A stretch of DNA of 64,000 nucleotides, from assembly GCA_963796415.1 (NCBI GenBank), contig CAWCLR010000014.1:157973-221972 (forward strand). The letters run 5' to 3'. The notes under the pieces were generated by a model, which saw nothing but the letters and a program-made list of their open reading frames with translations, searched no databases and was not told where the DNA came from. Made by a program: the position numbers and the translations under genes. Source of the stretch: an uncultured Acidimicrobiales bacterium (GTDB lineage Bacteria > Actinomycetota > Acidimicrobiia > Acidimicrobiales > VFJN01). Of the stretch, positions 22,721-34,496 are shown in pieces (within the stretch, counting starts at the first letter, position 1; each line of letters starts with the position of its first letter).

Positions 22721-22748
22721 TGGGTGGCGGGCCGTCGGGCCCGCCACC
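22721..22748 (+). terminator. perfect 12-bp stem / 4-nt loop hairpin downstream of ahcY
   Basis: GGGTGGCGGGCC-GTCG-GGCCCGCCACCC. There is no U-tract, so a terminator role is only inferred. Confidence 0.35.
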
Positions 22749-22774
22749 CGCGACCGGCCGGTGTCCGCGACGAT

Positions 22775-23452
22775 GTGGACGTGCGCTCGCTCACCGTGCC
22801 GTTCGACGGGTTCCTGGAGGTGGTGGTCCGCAACCGCTTCTGGATGACGTGGAACCTGCTGCTGGCCGCCGTCCCGGCCGCGCTCGCCCCGTTCGTGTTC
22901 CGCCATCGCGGGCCGCGCTCGGCGACGTGGTGGCTCGCGCTGGCGGTCGTGCTGCTGTTCCTGCCCAACGCGCCGTACGTCGTCACCGATCTCGTGCACC
23001 TGCGCGGCGACGTGGTGCTGGCGGGCAGCGACCTCGACGTCGTGGCGGGGGTGCTGCCGGCCTACGCGCTGTTCATCGCCGCCGGGTTCGCCTGCTACGC
23101 GCTCGTGATCAGCGAGGGGCGCCGCTTCCTCGAGGACGCGGGGCTGGCGGCGTGGCGCCCGCTCGCCGAGCTGGCGGTGCACGCGGTGTGCGCCGTCGGG
23201 GTCGTGCTCGGCCGCGTCGCCCGGCTGAACAGCTGGGAGCCGGTCACCGAGCCCGTCGGCACGCTCGAGCGCGTCGTGCTCACGCTGTCGTGGCGGTGGG
23301 CGCCGGTGGCGGTCGTCGCCACCTTCCTGGTGATCTGGGCCGGCCACGCCGTGACCCGGGCGGCGGCGCGCGCCGCGGTGTCGGGCACGACGTCGCTGGT
23401 GGCGACCTGGCGGTCAGCCCTCGACGGCGGGCCGCACCTCGGCGGCCCCTGA
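22775..23452 (+). CDS. DUF1361-family membrane protein
   Basis: Motif FLPNAPYVVTDLVHL in a multi-TM protein. GTG start uncertain (22775 or 22781). Confidence 0.7.
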   Translation: MDVRSLTVPFDGFLEVVVRNRFWMTWNLLLAAVPAALAPFVFRHRGPRSATWWLALAVVLLFLPNAPYVVTDLVHLRGDVVLAGSDLDVVAGVLPAYALFIAAGFACYALVISEGRRFLEDAGLAAWRPLAELAVHAVCAVGVVLGRVARLNSWEPVTEPVGTLERVVLTLSWRWAPVAVVATFLVIWAGHAVTRAAARAAVSGTTSLVATWRSALDGGPHLGGP

Positions 23453-24124
23453 CAGCGGGTCGACGACCACGTCGAGCTCAGCCAGCGGGTCGGTCCGGTC
23501 GACCGGGGATCGTGGGGCGCCGACGGTCAGGCGGGGAAGGAAGAACTGCACGAGCGGGCCGATCGTCACCGCGAAGACCACCGTGCCCAGGCCGACGGAC
23601 CCGCCGAGCAGCCAGCCGACGGCGAGGGCGCTGAGCTCGATGCCCGTGCGCACGAGGCGGATCGACCCCAGGCCGCGGGCGGCCAGCCCCGTCATGAGGC
23701 CGTCCCGGGGGCCGGGCCCGAGGCCGGCGCCGATGTAGAGCCCGGTCCCCGGGCCCCACAGGAACACGCCGAACGCCAGGTATGCGAGCCGGCCGACCGC
23801 GGACCCCGGCGTGTCGAGCACCAGCAGGGCCAGGTCGATCGTCGTGCCGATCAGCACGACGTTCAGCACCGTGCCGAGGCCGGGTCGCTCGCGGAGGGGC
23901 AGCCACGCCAGGAGGACCAGCGCCCCGACGATGATGCTGACGGTGCCGATCGGGATGCCGGTGCGCTGCGAGATGCCTTGATCGAGCACGGACCACGGGG
24001 CGAGGCCGAGGTCGGCGGCGACCATGAAGGCGATCCCGAGCCCGCACAGCACGAGCCCGGCGACGAGGCGGGGGATGCGCCGGCGGGGCTCGATGACGGG
24101 GCGGAGGAGCTGCACAGCGGACAC
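23414..24124 (-). CDS. YczE/YitT-like membrane protein
   Basis: ADLGLAPWSVLDQGISQRTGIPIGTVSIIVG...GLGTVLNVVLIG is typical of the family. The start is taken at GTG 24124. Confidence 0.7.
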   Translation of the reverse strand: MSAVQLLRPVIEPRRRIPRLVAGLVLCGLGIAFMVAADLGLAPWSVLDQGISQRTGIPIGTVSIIVGALVLLAWLPLRERPGLGTVLNVVLIGTTIDLALLVLDTPGSAVGRLAYLAFGVFLWGPGTGLYIGAGLGPGPRDGLMTGLAARGLGSIRLVRTGIELSALAVGWLLGGSVGLGTVVFAVTIGPLVQFFLPRLTVGAPRSPVDRTDPLAELDVVVDPLSGAAEVRPAVEG

Positions 24125-24265
24125 GCTAAGGACGGATCGGGCGCATTCCCCGGTCCATTCCGGGGTCCACTTCCCGCCGGCCGTTCCGCGAGATGTGGCG
24201 TGTCGGTGGCCCGGGCGACACGGCCACGTCCCGTGACCGTCATACCCCGTCCGTACAGTCGGGCC

Positions 24266-24949
24266 ATGTTGTTGCGCACGCTGCTGCCGGCACGGTGCCC
24301 CGGCTGCGGCGCGCCCGGCGCGGCGCCGTGCCCGGCGTGCGTGGCCGACCTCGAGCCTGCCGGGCCCGGTCCGGTCCCGGCGGGGCTCGACGCGTGCCGG
24401 TCGCTGTTGGCCTACGAGGGGGTCGGCCGCTCCCTCGTGACGCACCTCAAGTACCGGCGCGACCGGGCGGCGCTCGGCTGGCTGGCCGCGGGCATGGCCA
24501 CGCTGGTCGATCCGCCGGCGAGCACCATCGTGACCTGGGCGCCCACCACGGCGGCACGGCGGCGCCAGCGCGGGTTCGACCAGGCCGAGCTGCTGGCGCG
24601 GGCCGTCGCCCGCCTCTGGGGCGTCCGGTGCCTTCCGCTGCTGTCGCGCCGGGCGGGGCCGCCGCAGACGGGCCGGTCGCTCGCCGACCGGCGCGCCGGC
24701 CCCCTGCTCATCGCCCGCGCCGGCTCCCGAGTCGCGGCCGGCGCCGCCGTGGTGGTGGTGGACGACGTGCTCACCACCGGGTCCACGTTGGCGGCTGCGG
24801 CGCGGGCGCTGCGGGTCGTCGACGTGGCGTGGATCGCGGGCCTCACTGCAGCCCGCACCCCGCGGCGTGGTACGGCACCGCCCTGCGTGTTGCCGCCGCC
24901 ACAGAAGGTCGAAGAATTCGCTCAAGTTCCCGCCGCGGCGAGCCGATGA
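24266..24949 (+). CDS. comF: ComF-family phosphoribosyltransferase-like protein
   Basis: N-terminal CPGCG..CPAC zinc-ribbon-like motif and a C-terminal PRTase loop VVVVDDVLTTGST. Confidence 0.8.
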   Translation: MLLRTLLPARCPGCGAPGAAPCPACVADLEPAGPGPVPAGLDACRSLLAYEGVGRSLVTHLKYRRDRAALGWLAAGMATLVDPPASTIVTWAPTTAARRRQRGFDQAELLARAVARLWGVRCLPLLSRRAGPPQTGRSLADRRAGPLLIARAGSRVAAGAAVVVVDDVLTTGSTLAAAARALRVVDVAWIAGLTAARTPRRGTAPPCVLPPPQKVEEFAQVPAAASR

Positions 24950-25242
24950 GGGCGGTGATGCGCGCCAGCCGCAAGCACGCCACCCGGGCTCTCGACGCCG
25001 TCCGGCGTCGGCACGGGCGCACGCGGGCGCGCCAGCTCCACGCGGTCCGCCCGTCGTCGAGCCTGATGGCCACGTCGCCGCGCACGATCGACCGGGCATT
25101 GCGCATCATCGACGCCCTGCCGCCGGTGCGCGTCGAGCTCGTTGCTGCCGCCTCGGCCCGCCTGGCCGCGGGCGAGCGGCCGTCGTCCGAGGCGATCGCC
25201 GACATGGCGATCCGTCGGGCGACCTGCGACCTGTCCGGCTGA
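24946..25242 (+). CDS. small hypothetical protein; C-terminus weakly resembles FlgM-type anti-sigma factors
   Basis: High GC3. C-terminal segment VRVELVAAASARLAAGERPSSEAIADMAI. The start could be 24946 or 25066. No strong family signature. Confidence 0.35.
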   Translation: MRAVMRASRKHATRALDAVRRRHGRTRARQLHAVRPSSSLMATSPRTIDRALRIIDALPPVRVELVAAASARLAAGERPSSEAIADMAIRRATCDLSG

Positions 25243-26545
25243 CTACTGATCGCCTGACCGAGGCATCACGAGCTCCACGCGGGCGCCACCGAGCGGCGAG
25301 CGCCCGACGCCGAGGTGCCCGCCCGCGGCCTCGGCGGCCTGGCGGGCGATATCGAGCCCGAGTCCCGTCGAGTCGGCCTGCGTCGTCCCGCGGCCGAGGG
25401 CGGCGTCGGGGTGGTCGATGCCCGGGCCGGCGTCCTCGATCACGAGCCGCACCGTGCCCTCGCCACCCGCATCGACGGACATCGCGTACGGGGTGCCCTC
25501 GGGGGTGTGGGCGAAGACGTTGCCGATGAGCGCGTCGATCGCCGCCGCGGCCTCGCCGGGCGCGAGCCGGACGACACACGGTCCGCCCACGTCGTGGTCG
25601 GCGATGTCGATCGTCCACGGCCGGCCGTCGTCCTCGGCCAGGGCGCTCCAGAACGTCGGCCCGCTCCCGCGCGACCGCCGCGAGGTCGGCGGTCGCGGTC
25701 ACGACGCCGTCGTGGAGGGGGCGCCGCGCGCTCCGGACCAGCTCGGTGATGGCCGCCTCGAGCCGCGCGACGTCGGCCATGAGGCCGGGGTCGCCAGCCG
25801 CCTCGGCATCGAGGCGGACGGCGGTGAGCGGGGTGCGGAGGCGGTGGGACAGGTCGGCGACGCGCTCGCGCTCGGCCGCCCGCAGCTCGTCGATGCGGTC
25901 GGCCAGCACGTTCAGCGCCCGGGCGGCGTCGGCCAGCTCGGGCGTGGGGCCGGGCTCGGCCCGGGCGTCTCCCTGGCCGGCGGCCAGCGCCCGGGCCGTG
26001 CCCGCCAGCTCGGTGGCGTCGCGGGTCACCGAGCGGGCCAGGCGGTCGGCAATGACGACCGCCGCGGCCACCAGCACGACGGCGACCCCCGCAAGCGCCA
26101 GCCAGGCCGTGCGCACCCCGTCGTCCAGCAGCCGGTCGGGGACCGTGGCCCGGACGACCGACACACTGCCGTCACCCGTCACGACCGGGGTGTAGAGCGC
26201 GAGCGATCCGTCGACCTCCTGGCTGAAGGCCCGACCCTGGTCCCGGGCGAGCTCGAGCGCCGCGTCCTCGGCGGCACTGGCGTCGCCAACCACAGAGCCA
26301 TCGGCCAGCCACACGGTGATGCGCCCGTCGGCACCGGTGCCGGTGCTGTCGATGGCGGTGGTGACCAGCTCCGGCGTGACCGTGGGAAGGGCGAGGGTCG
26401 GGGCCAGCGATGCCACGTCACGCTCGGCCGTGGCGATGGCGCGGTCCCGGGCGACCGACCGCACGAGCGCCCCGAGCGGCAGCGCGAAGGCGACGACGAC
26501 GAGGCTGGTGGTGGCCAGCACCACGAGCACGATGCGGCGGCGCAC
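25243..26545 (-). pseudogene. sensor histidine kinase (TM-HAMP-HisKA-HATPase_c) with one frameshift
   Basis: ORF 25106-26545 gives the TM regions, HAMP and H-box (ADLSHRLRTPLTAV). The HATPase_c domain (DALIGNVFAHTPEG, EDAGPGI, GLGLDI) is in ORF 25243-25590. The frames join at RERAD/FWSALAEDDGRPW near 25648-25660. Confidence 0.85.
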
Positions 26546-26551
26546 GGCGCC

Positions 26552-27247
26552 TCAGCCGTCGCCGTCGGGCGCGGTGAGCTTCACGCCGACACCCCGCACT
26601 GTATGGAGGTAGGCGGGTGCGCTCGCAGTCTCGCCCAGCTTGCGGCGGAGCCATGAGAGGTGGACGTCGACGGTCTTGTCGGCGCCGCCGTACGGCTGAC
26701 GCCAGACCTCGGCCAGCAGCTCGCGTCGCCCCACGACCTCGGGGCTGCGACGGGCGAGGTGGGCGAGCAGATCGAACTCGAGGCGGGTGAGGTCGAGTGG
26801 GCGGCCGTCGATGGTCGCCTCCCGCCGTCCGGGGGACACGACGAGGCCGCCGACGACCAGCTCGGCGGCTTCTCCCTCGCCCCGGCGTTCGGCCCGCCGG
26901 AGCACGGCCCGGATGCGCGCCTCGATCTGCTCGGCGGCGTACGGCTTGACGACGTAGTCGTCGGCGCCGTCGTCGAGGAGCCGCACGATCTCGGCCTCGT
27001 CGTCGCGGGCGGTGGCCACGATCACCGGCACGGCGGAGACGCCACGGAGCATCCGCAGCACGTCGGCGCCGTCGATGTCCGGCAGGCCGAGATCGAGCAC
27101 CACGACGTCGGGACGCCAGTCGACGACGGCGGTGAGGGCCGCGGCGCCGGTGGCCTCGGACCGCACCACGTGCCCGGCGCCCACCAGCGCGTCCGCGACC
27201 GACTCGCGGATGCGCAGGTCGTCCTCGACCACCAGGACGGAGGCCAT
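26552..27247 (-). CDS. OmpR-family response regulator
   Basis: Receiver domain (VLVVEDD, DVVVLDLGLPDIDG, KP) plus a winged-helix domain (LTRLEFDLLAHLA, VRGVG). ATG at 27247. Confidence 0.9.
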   Translation of the reverse strand: MASVLVVEDDLRIRESVADALVGAGHVVRSEATGAAALTAVVDWRPDVVVLDLGLPDIDGADVLRMLRGVSAVPVIVATARDDEAEIVRLLDDGADDYVVKPYAAEQIEARIRAVLRRAERRGEGEAAELVVGGLVVSPGRREATIDGRPLDLTRLEFDLLAHLARRSPEVVGRRELLAEVWRQPYGGADKTVDVHLSWLRRKLGETASAPAYLHTVRGVGVKLTAPDGDG

Positions 27248-27357
27248 GGCACCACCGTATGTCCGGGCCGGCGGCTGGCCGTGCCCCGGATGGCGACTTA
27301 TCAAAGGCTTAGGGCGGCCTTCGTGCTCTCGCAGCGAGCCGACGCGAACATGGCGGC

Positions 27358-27843
27358 ATGCGGCGACTCCTCGCCCTCGGAGCAGCGTGGGTCTCCGCCG
27401 CGGTCGTCGCCACGACGGTGGCCTGGCAAGGCGTCGGCCTGGTCGGCGACCAGGTCACCGACGACCGCCCAGCCACGCTGACGGCGGCCGAGGTCGAGGC
27501 GGCGCTGGCGACGGGGTCCAGCGGGTCGACGCCACAGTCGGACTCCACCGGGACCACGTCGACGGCGCCCCCGGCCGCGCCCTCGGAGCCGGCGCCGGAG
27601 ACGCGCTCGTACGCCCTCACCGGCGGGTCGGCCGCGTTGCGCTTCGCGCCCAGCGGGGTGACGGTGGTCTTCGCCACTCCGAACCCGGGTTACCAGGTCC
27701 GGTCCGAGCCCACCGACGGGGGTGGGTGGCGCGTCGAGTTCGACGGCGACGACGGCCGGAGCCGCGTCGAGGGCTGGTGGGACGGCGGTCCTCAGGACCG
27801 CGTCGACGACGACGGGAGTGGCGGCTCGGGCGACGACAGCTGA
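27358..27843 (+). CDS. secreted/anchored hypothetical protein; paralog of the next gene
   Basis: Signal/anchor-like N-terminus, a Ser/Thr/Pro linker, then a ~70-aa C-terminal domain similar to that of 27945-28535. Confidence 0.6.
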   Translation: MRRLLALGAAWVSAAVVATTVAWQGVGLVGDQVTDDRPATLTAAEVEAALATGSSGSTPQSDSTGTTSTAPPAAPSEPAPETRSYALTGGSAALRFAPSGVTVVFATPNPGYQVRSEPTDGGGWRVEFDGDDGRSRVEGWWDGGPQDRVDDDGSGGSGDDS

Positions 27844-27944
27844 GGCACGACGTTTTGTCGACGCTTAGAGGTCCGGCGACGCCCCGTTAGGTGGCGGGAC
27901 CCCAGGGTGAGACCCGACAGCACCCACACCGAGAGGACTTCGTC

Positions 27945-28535
27945 ATGCAGCTCCCCCGCACCTCGACCCGTCGCGTCGGTCTCGCCGCCGGCCTCGCCGG
28001 CGGCATCCTGGGCCTCGCGGTCGTCACCGGCCTCGGGCCCGTCCCCGCCCTGTCTTCACCGTCCTCCGGAGGCGGGGACGACGGCCCCACGACCACCAGC
28101 ACCACCGCCACGACGTCGACGACCGTCGGAACGCTCCCCGCGGGCCCTGCCGTTGCGTCCGGGACACGGGTGGTGGATGCCGCCGGCGCGGGGACCGTGA
28201 CCGTCGCCGAGGCGGGAGGCCAGCTCAGCCTCGTGAGCGCGACACCCGCCGAGGGGTGGTCCGTCGAGGTCGAGCAGTCCGCCGGCCGCGAGATCGAGGT
28301 CGACTTCCGCATGGGCGCCCAGCGCGCGCAGGTGAACGTCGAGCTCGAGGACGGCGCCGTCCGCGACCGCGTGCGGTTCCGTGATGAGGCCAGCGGCACG
28401 GACGTGCGGTTCGAGAACGGCGCCATCGTGCGGTTCGAGACCGACGACCCCGCCGGTGGCGGCCACGGGGCCGGGAGTGGCGGCGGGTCGGGCCGCGGTG
28501 GCGCCGACGATCCGCCCGGCGACGACCACGGCTGA
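27945..28535 (+). CDS. secreted hypothetical protein; paralog of the previous gene
   Basis: Twin-Arg-like/signal N-terminus (RTSTRRVGLAAGLAGGILGLAV), a Thr-rich linker, a conserved domain (GWSVEVEQSAGREIEVDF..VELEDGAVRDRV) and a Gly-rich tail. Confidence 0.6.
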   Translation: MQLPRTSTRRVGLAAGLAGGILGLAVVTGLGPVPALSSPSSGGGDDGPTTTSTTATTSTTVGTLPAGPAVASGTRVVDAAGAGTVTVAEAGGQLSLVSATPAEGWSVEVEQSAGREIEVDFRMGAQRAQVNVELEDGAVRDRVRFRDEASGTDVRFENGAIVRFETDDPAGGGHGAGSGGGSGRGGADDPPGDDHG

Positions 28536-28555
28536 CGCCCTTTCTGCGTCCCGGC

Positions 28556-28588
28556 GGGCCCGCTCGACTCCGCCCGTCGAGCGGGCCC
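28556..28588 (+). terminator. 13-bp perfect inverted repeat hairpin after gene 27945-28535
   Basis: GGGCCCGCTCGAC-TCCGCCC-GTCGAGCGGGCCC, 21 nt downstream of the stop codon. Confidence 0.55.
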
Positions 28589-28670
28589 GCTCGCGCCCCC
28601 TCCCGCTCGCGCCGGCCGCGTCGTACCCTTCCCCCGAGGTAAGCCCCATCGCCCGTCACGGGAGGTCGCC

Positions 28671-29099
28671 ATGCGCGCCTACCTGGTCGTCGCCCATCGC
28701 ACCCTGGTCGAGGACCACCTCCTCGACCACGTCCGGTCGCTGTGCGCCGACGGCGACTGCACGTTCCACCTGGTGGTGCCCGTGCAGCACCCCCGCGGCG
28801 CGTGGACGGACGGCGAGGTCGACGCGGCCGCCCGCCGCCGGCTCGACGAGGGGCTGGCCGCGTTCGAGAAGGTGGGTGCCGAGGTCACCGGCGAGGTGGG
28901 CGACGCCAACCCCGTCTACGCGGTCGGAACGGCCATGCGGGCCCACCCCGACCAGGAGTGGGCCGGCATCATCGTGTCGACGCTCCCGCGGGGGTTGTCC
29001 CGCTGGCTCGGCCTCGACGTGGTGAGCCGGCTCCAGCACGAGTACGAGGACCTGCCGGTCACCCATCTCGAGGCGGCGCAGGCGCCCGCCGAGGCCTGA
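28671..29099 (+). CDS. hypothetical protein (possibly USP-like/adenine-nucleotide alpha-hydrolase fold)
   Basis: 142-aa ORF with high GC3. The pattern MRAYLVVAHRTLVEDHLLDHVRSL..FHLVVPV recurs in conserved actinobacterial hypotheticals. The fold assignment is a guess. Confidence 0.55.
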   Translation: MRAYLVVAHRTLVEDHLLDHVRSLCADGDCTFHLVVPVQHPRGAWTDGEVDAAARRRLDEGLAAFEKVGAEVTGEVGDANPVYAVGTAMRAHPDQEWAGIIVSTLPRGLSRWLGLDVVSRLQHEYEDLPVTHLEAAQAPAEA

Positions 29100-29105
29100 C
29101 GCCGC

Positions 29106-29745
29106 TCAGGAGCTTGCGGCGGCGGGAGCGGCGGCCGGGAGGATCTGGTCGACCAGCGCCGGGATGTCGGCAGTCGTCACGGGCGGCCGGTGGAACAGGC
29201 GCGGCAGCACGATCGGCCCGACCAGGGCGTCGGCCAGCACGGCCGGGTCGGCCTGCGGGGGAAGCTCGCCGGCATCGACCGCGTCGGCGAGCACGGCACG
29301 CAGCGGCGCCGCGCTCTCGTCGGCCAGGCGTCGCGCCAGCCCGGCCATCTCGTCGCTGCGCTCGGCGGCGTCGATGACGGCGGGCATCAGGCACGCGAGC
29401 CGCTGGGGCTCGTCGACCGCGCGACGCGAGGTCGCTGAGGATGGCGACCACCCGGCCCCGCACGGGGCCGGGTGGCGGCAGGTCGGCGCTCCCGCGGGCG
29501 TGGACCGCGGTGAACGCATCGGTCACGAGCTCGGCCTTGCTGGTGTAGTGGCGGTAGATCGTGCTCTTGGCGACGCCCGACCGGGCGGCGACGGCCTCGA
29601 TGGTCAGCTGGCCGTACCCGACCTCCCGCAGCAGGTCGGCGGTGGCCTCGAGGACGCACATGCGTGAACGCTCGATCCGGGGGTCGATGAGCCGGGGATC
29701 GACGACCTGGGATTCGGGTTCGTCACGCGGTGCCACGTCACTCAT
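29106..29745 (-). pseudogene. TetR-family transcriptional regulator with one frameshift
   Basis: The N-terminal HTH (TIEAVAARSGVAKSTIYRHYTSKAELV) is in ORF 29059-29766. The C-terminal ligand domain is in ORF 29106-29519. The junction ..ILSDLASR/AVDEPQRLACL lies near 29415-29425. The start is 2 nt after the MFS stop. Confidence 0.8.
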
Positions 29746-31384
29746 TCTGCCCGTCTTCCACCTCACGCCGCGCGCTCATCGTCGACGGCACCGGCTCGAG
29801 GGCCGGCTCGCCTGCCTCGGCGTCGAAGACGGGCTCGTCGGCCTCGGCCTCGGCGGGATCGCCCCGCCCCGGGCGCAGCGCGGTCCACACGAACGCCGCG
29901 GCGAGCACGGCGACGGCGACGGAGACCGCGTTGGTCAGGCGGAAGGCGTCGACGAATGCCGACTGGGCCTGCGCCAGCAGCGCCTCGCCACCGGGGAGGC
30001 CCTGCGCGACGCCCCACGCCGCCCCGATGGACTCGTCGGCGGCCTGGGCGGCGCCGGCGGGGACGTCGGTGCCCGACAGGTCCATGTTCGAGCGGTAGGC
30101 GGACCCGACGAGCGTGCCGAACACCGCGATGCCCAGGGCGCCGCCGAACTCGCGGGTGGTGTCGTTGACCGCCGAGCCGACGCCCGCCTTGTCGAGCGGG
30201 ACCGCCGACATGAGCATGCCGGTCGCCGGGGCGGCCGTGGCCGCGAGCCCGGCGCCGAGCAGCACGAAGCCGAGGGCGACGATCGGGTACGGCGTGTCGA
30301 CGCCGATGCGGGTGAACAGGGCGAGGCCGACGGCCATGAGGGCGAACCCGCCGGTGATGACCCGGGCCGCGCCGAAGCGCTCGCCGAGCGAGGCGCTGCG
30401 GGGGGCGACCACGATCATCGCCCCGGCCAGGGGCAGGCCGGCCAGTCCCGCGGTGAGCGGCGAGTAACCGAGCACGTACTGCAGGTACAGGGTCGTCAGG
30501 AAGTAGAAGCCGAACAGGGCGAAGAACGTGAGCGTGATGGCCGCGCTGGCCACGCTGAAGCGCCGGTCGCGGAACAGCCACAGCGGCAGCATCGGGTGCT
30601 CGGTCCGGGACTCCCAGGCGAGGAAGCCGCCCACGAGGGCGACGGCTGCGGCGAAGGCGCCCAGCACCAGCCCGTCGGTCCAGCCGCGCTCGGCCCCCTC
30701 GATGATCCCGTAGAGCAGCGCCACCATGCCGAAGAGGGCGAGGACGGACCCGACCGGGTCGAGCGGGGTCACGTGGCTGTCGCGAGACTTCGGGGAGAAC
30801 CGGGCGACCGCCACGGCCGCCACGACCACGAGGGGCAGGTTGACGAGGATCGCGGCGCCCCACCAGAACTCCTCCAGCAGCGCGCCGGCGACCACCGGGC
30901 CGAGGGCGGCGCCGGCCCCGGCGAAGCCGGCCCACATGGCGATGGCCCGGGTCCGCTCCTCGGGCGGGAACACCGCCGTGATGATCGACAGCGTGGCGGG
31001 CATGACGAACGCCGAGCCGATGCCCATGATCCCGCGGCCGACGATGACCTGCCCGGGCGACGTGGCCAGCCCGGCGATCAGGAGGCCCCCGCCGAACACG
31101 CCGAGCCCGCCGAGGAGCGCCCCCTTGCGCCCGAACCGGTCGCCGAGGGCACCGGCGGACAGGAGCAACCCCGCGAACACGAGGGCGTACGAGTCGATGA
31201 TCCAGTGGAGCTGGGTGGCGGTGGCGCCCAGGTCCTGCTGCAGGCGGGGGGCCGCGACGTTGAGGGACGAGACCGACATGACGACGAGGACGAGGGACAG
31301 GCACATGACCCCGAGGAGGAGCCAGCGGCGACGGTGGACGTCGGGGTCTTCGAACAGCTGGGGGATCGCGTGGTCGACACTCAT
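29738..31384 (-). CDS. MFS transporter, DHA2 (EmrB/QacA-like, 14-TMS) drug:H+ antiporter family
   Basis: Motifs LGDRFGRK and GIMGIGSAFVMPATLSII, with about 14 hydrophobic segments. ATG at 31384 (MSVDHAIPQLF). Confidence 0.9.
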   Translation of the reverse strand: MSVDHAIPQLFEDPDVHRRRWLLLGVMCLSLVLVVMSVSSLNVAAPRLQQDLGATATQLHWIIDSYALVFAGLLLSAGALGDRFGRKGALLGGLGVFGGGLLIAGLATSPGQVIVGRGIMGIGSAFVMPATLSIITAVFPPEERTRAIAMWAGFAGAGAALGPVVAGALLEEFWWGAAILVNLPLVVVAAVAVARFSPKSRDSHVTPLDPVGSVLALFGMVALLYGIIEGAERGWTDGLVLGAFAAAVALVGGFLAWESRTEHPMLPLWLFRDRRFSVASAAITLTFFALFGFYFLTTLYLQYVLGYSPLTAGLAGLPLAGAMIVVAPRSASLGERFGAARVITGGFALMAVGLALFTRIGVDTPYPIVALGFVLLGAGLAATAAPATGMLMSAVPLDKAGVGSAVNDTTREFGGALGIAVFGTLVGSAYRSNMDLSGTDVPAGAAQAADESIGAAWGVAQGLPGGEALLAQAQSAFVDAFRLTNAVSVAVAVLAAAFVWTALRPGRGDPAEAEADEPVFDAEAGEPALEPVPSTMSARREVEDGQNE

Positions 31385-31520
31385 TCTGCGAAACGTATCC
31401 GTTGCGCAGTAGAACGCAACCGTTTCATTATGTGACATCCGTCGGGAGAGGCCGCCCGCGGCTGCCTGCGGCGGCCCGTCCGAATCGGGGAGGGCCGGCA
31501 CCGGTAGACTCGACGGACGC

Positions 31521-34397
<2,877 letters not shown>

Positions 34398-34496
34398 GAG
34401 GCCGGGCGGATGGGGCGTTCGACACAGCCCACGCGTGGGAATTTGGCGTGAGAGCACCAGCTCCACTGCCGGCCGACTGGCAGCGCGTCGACTCCC

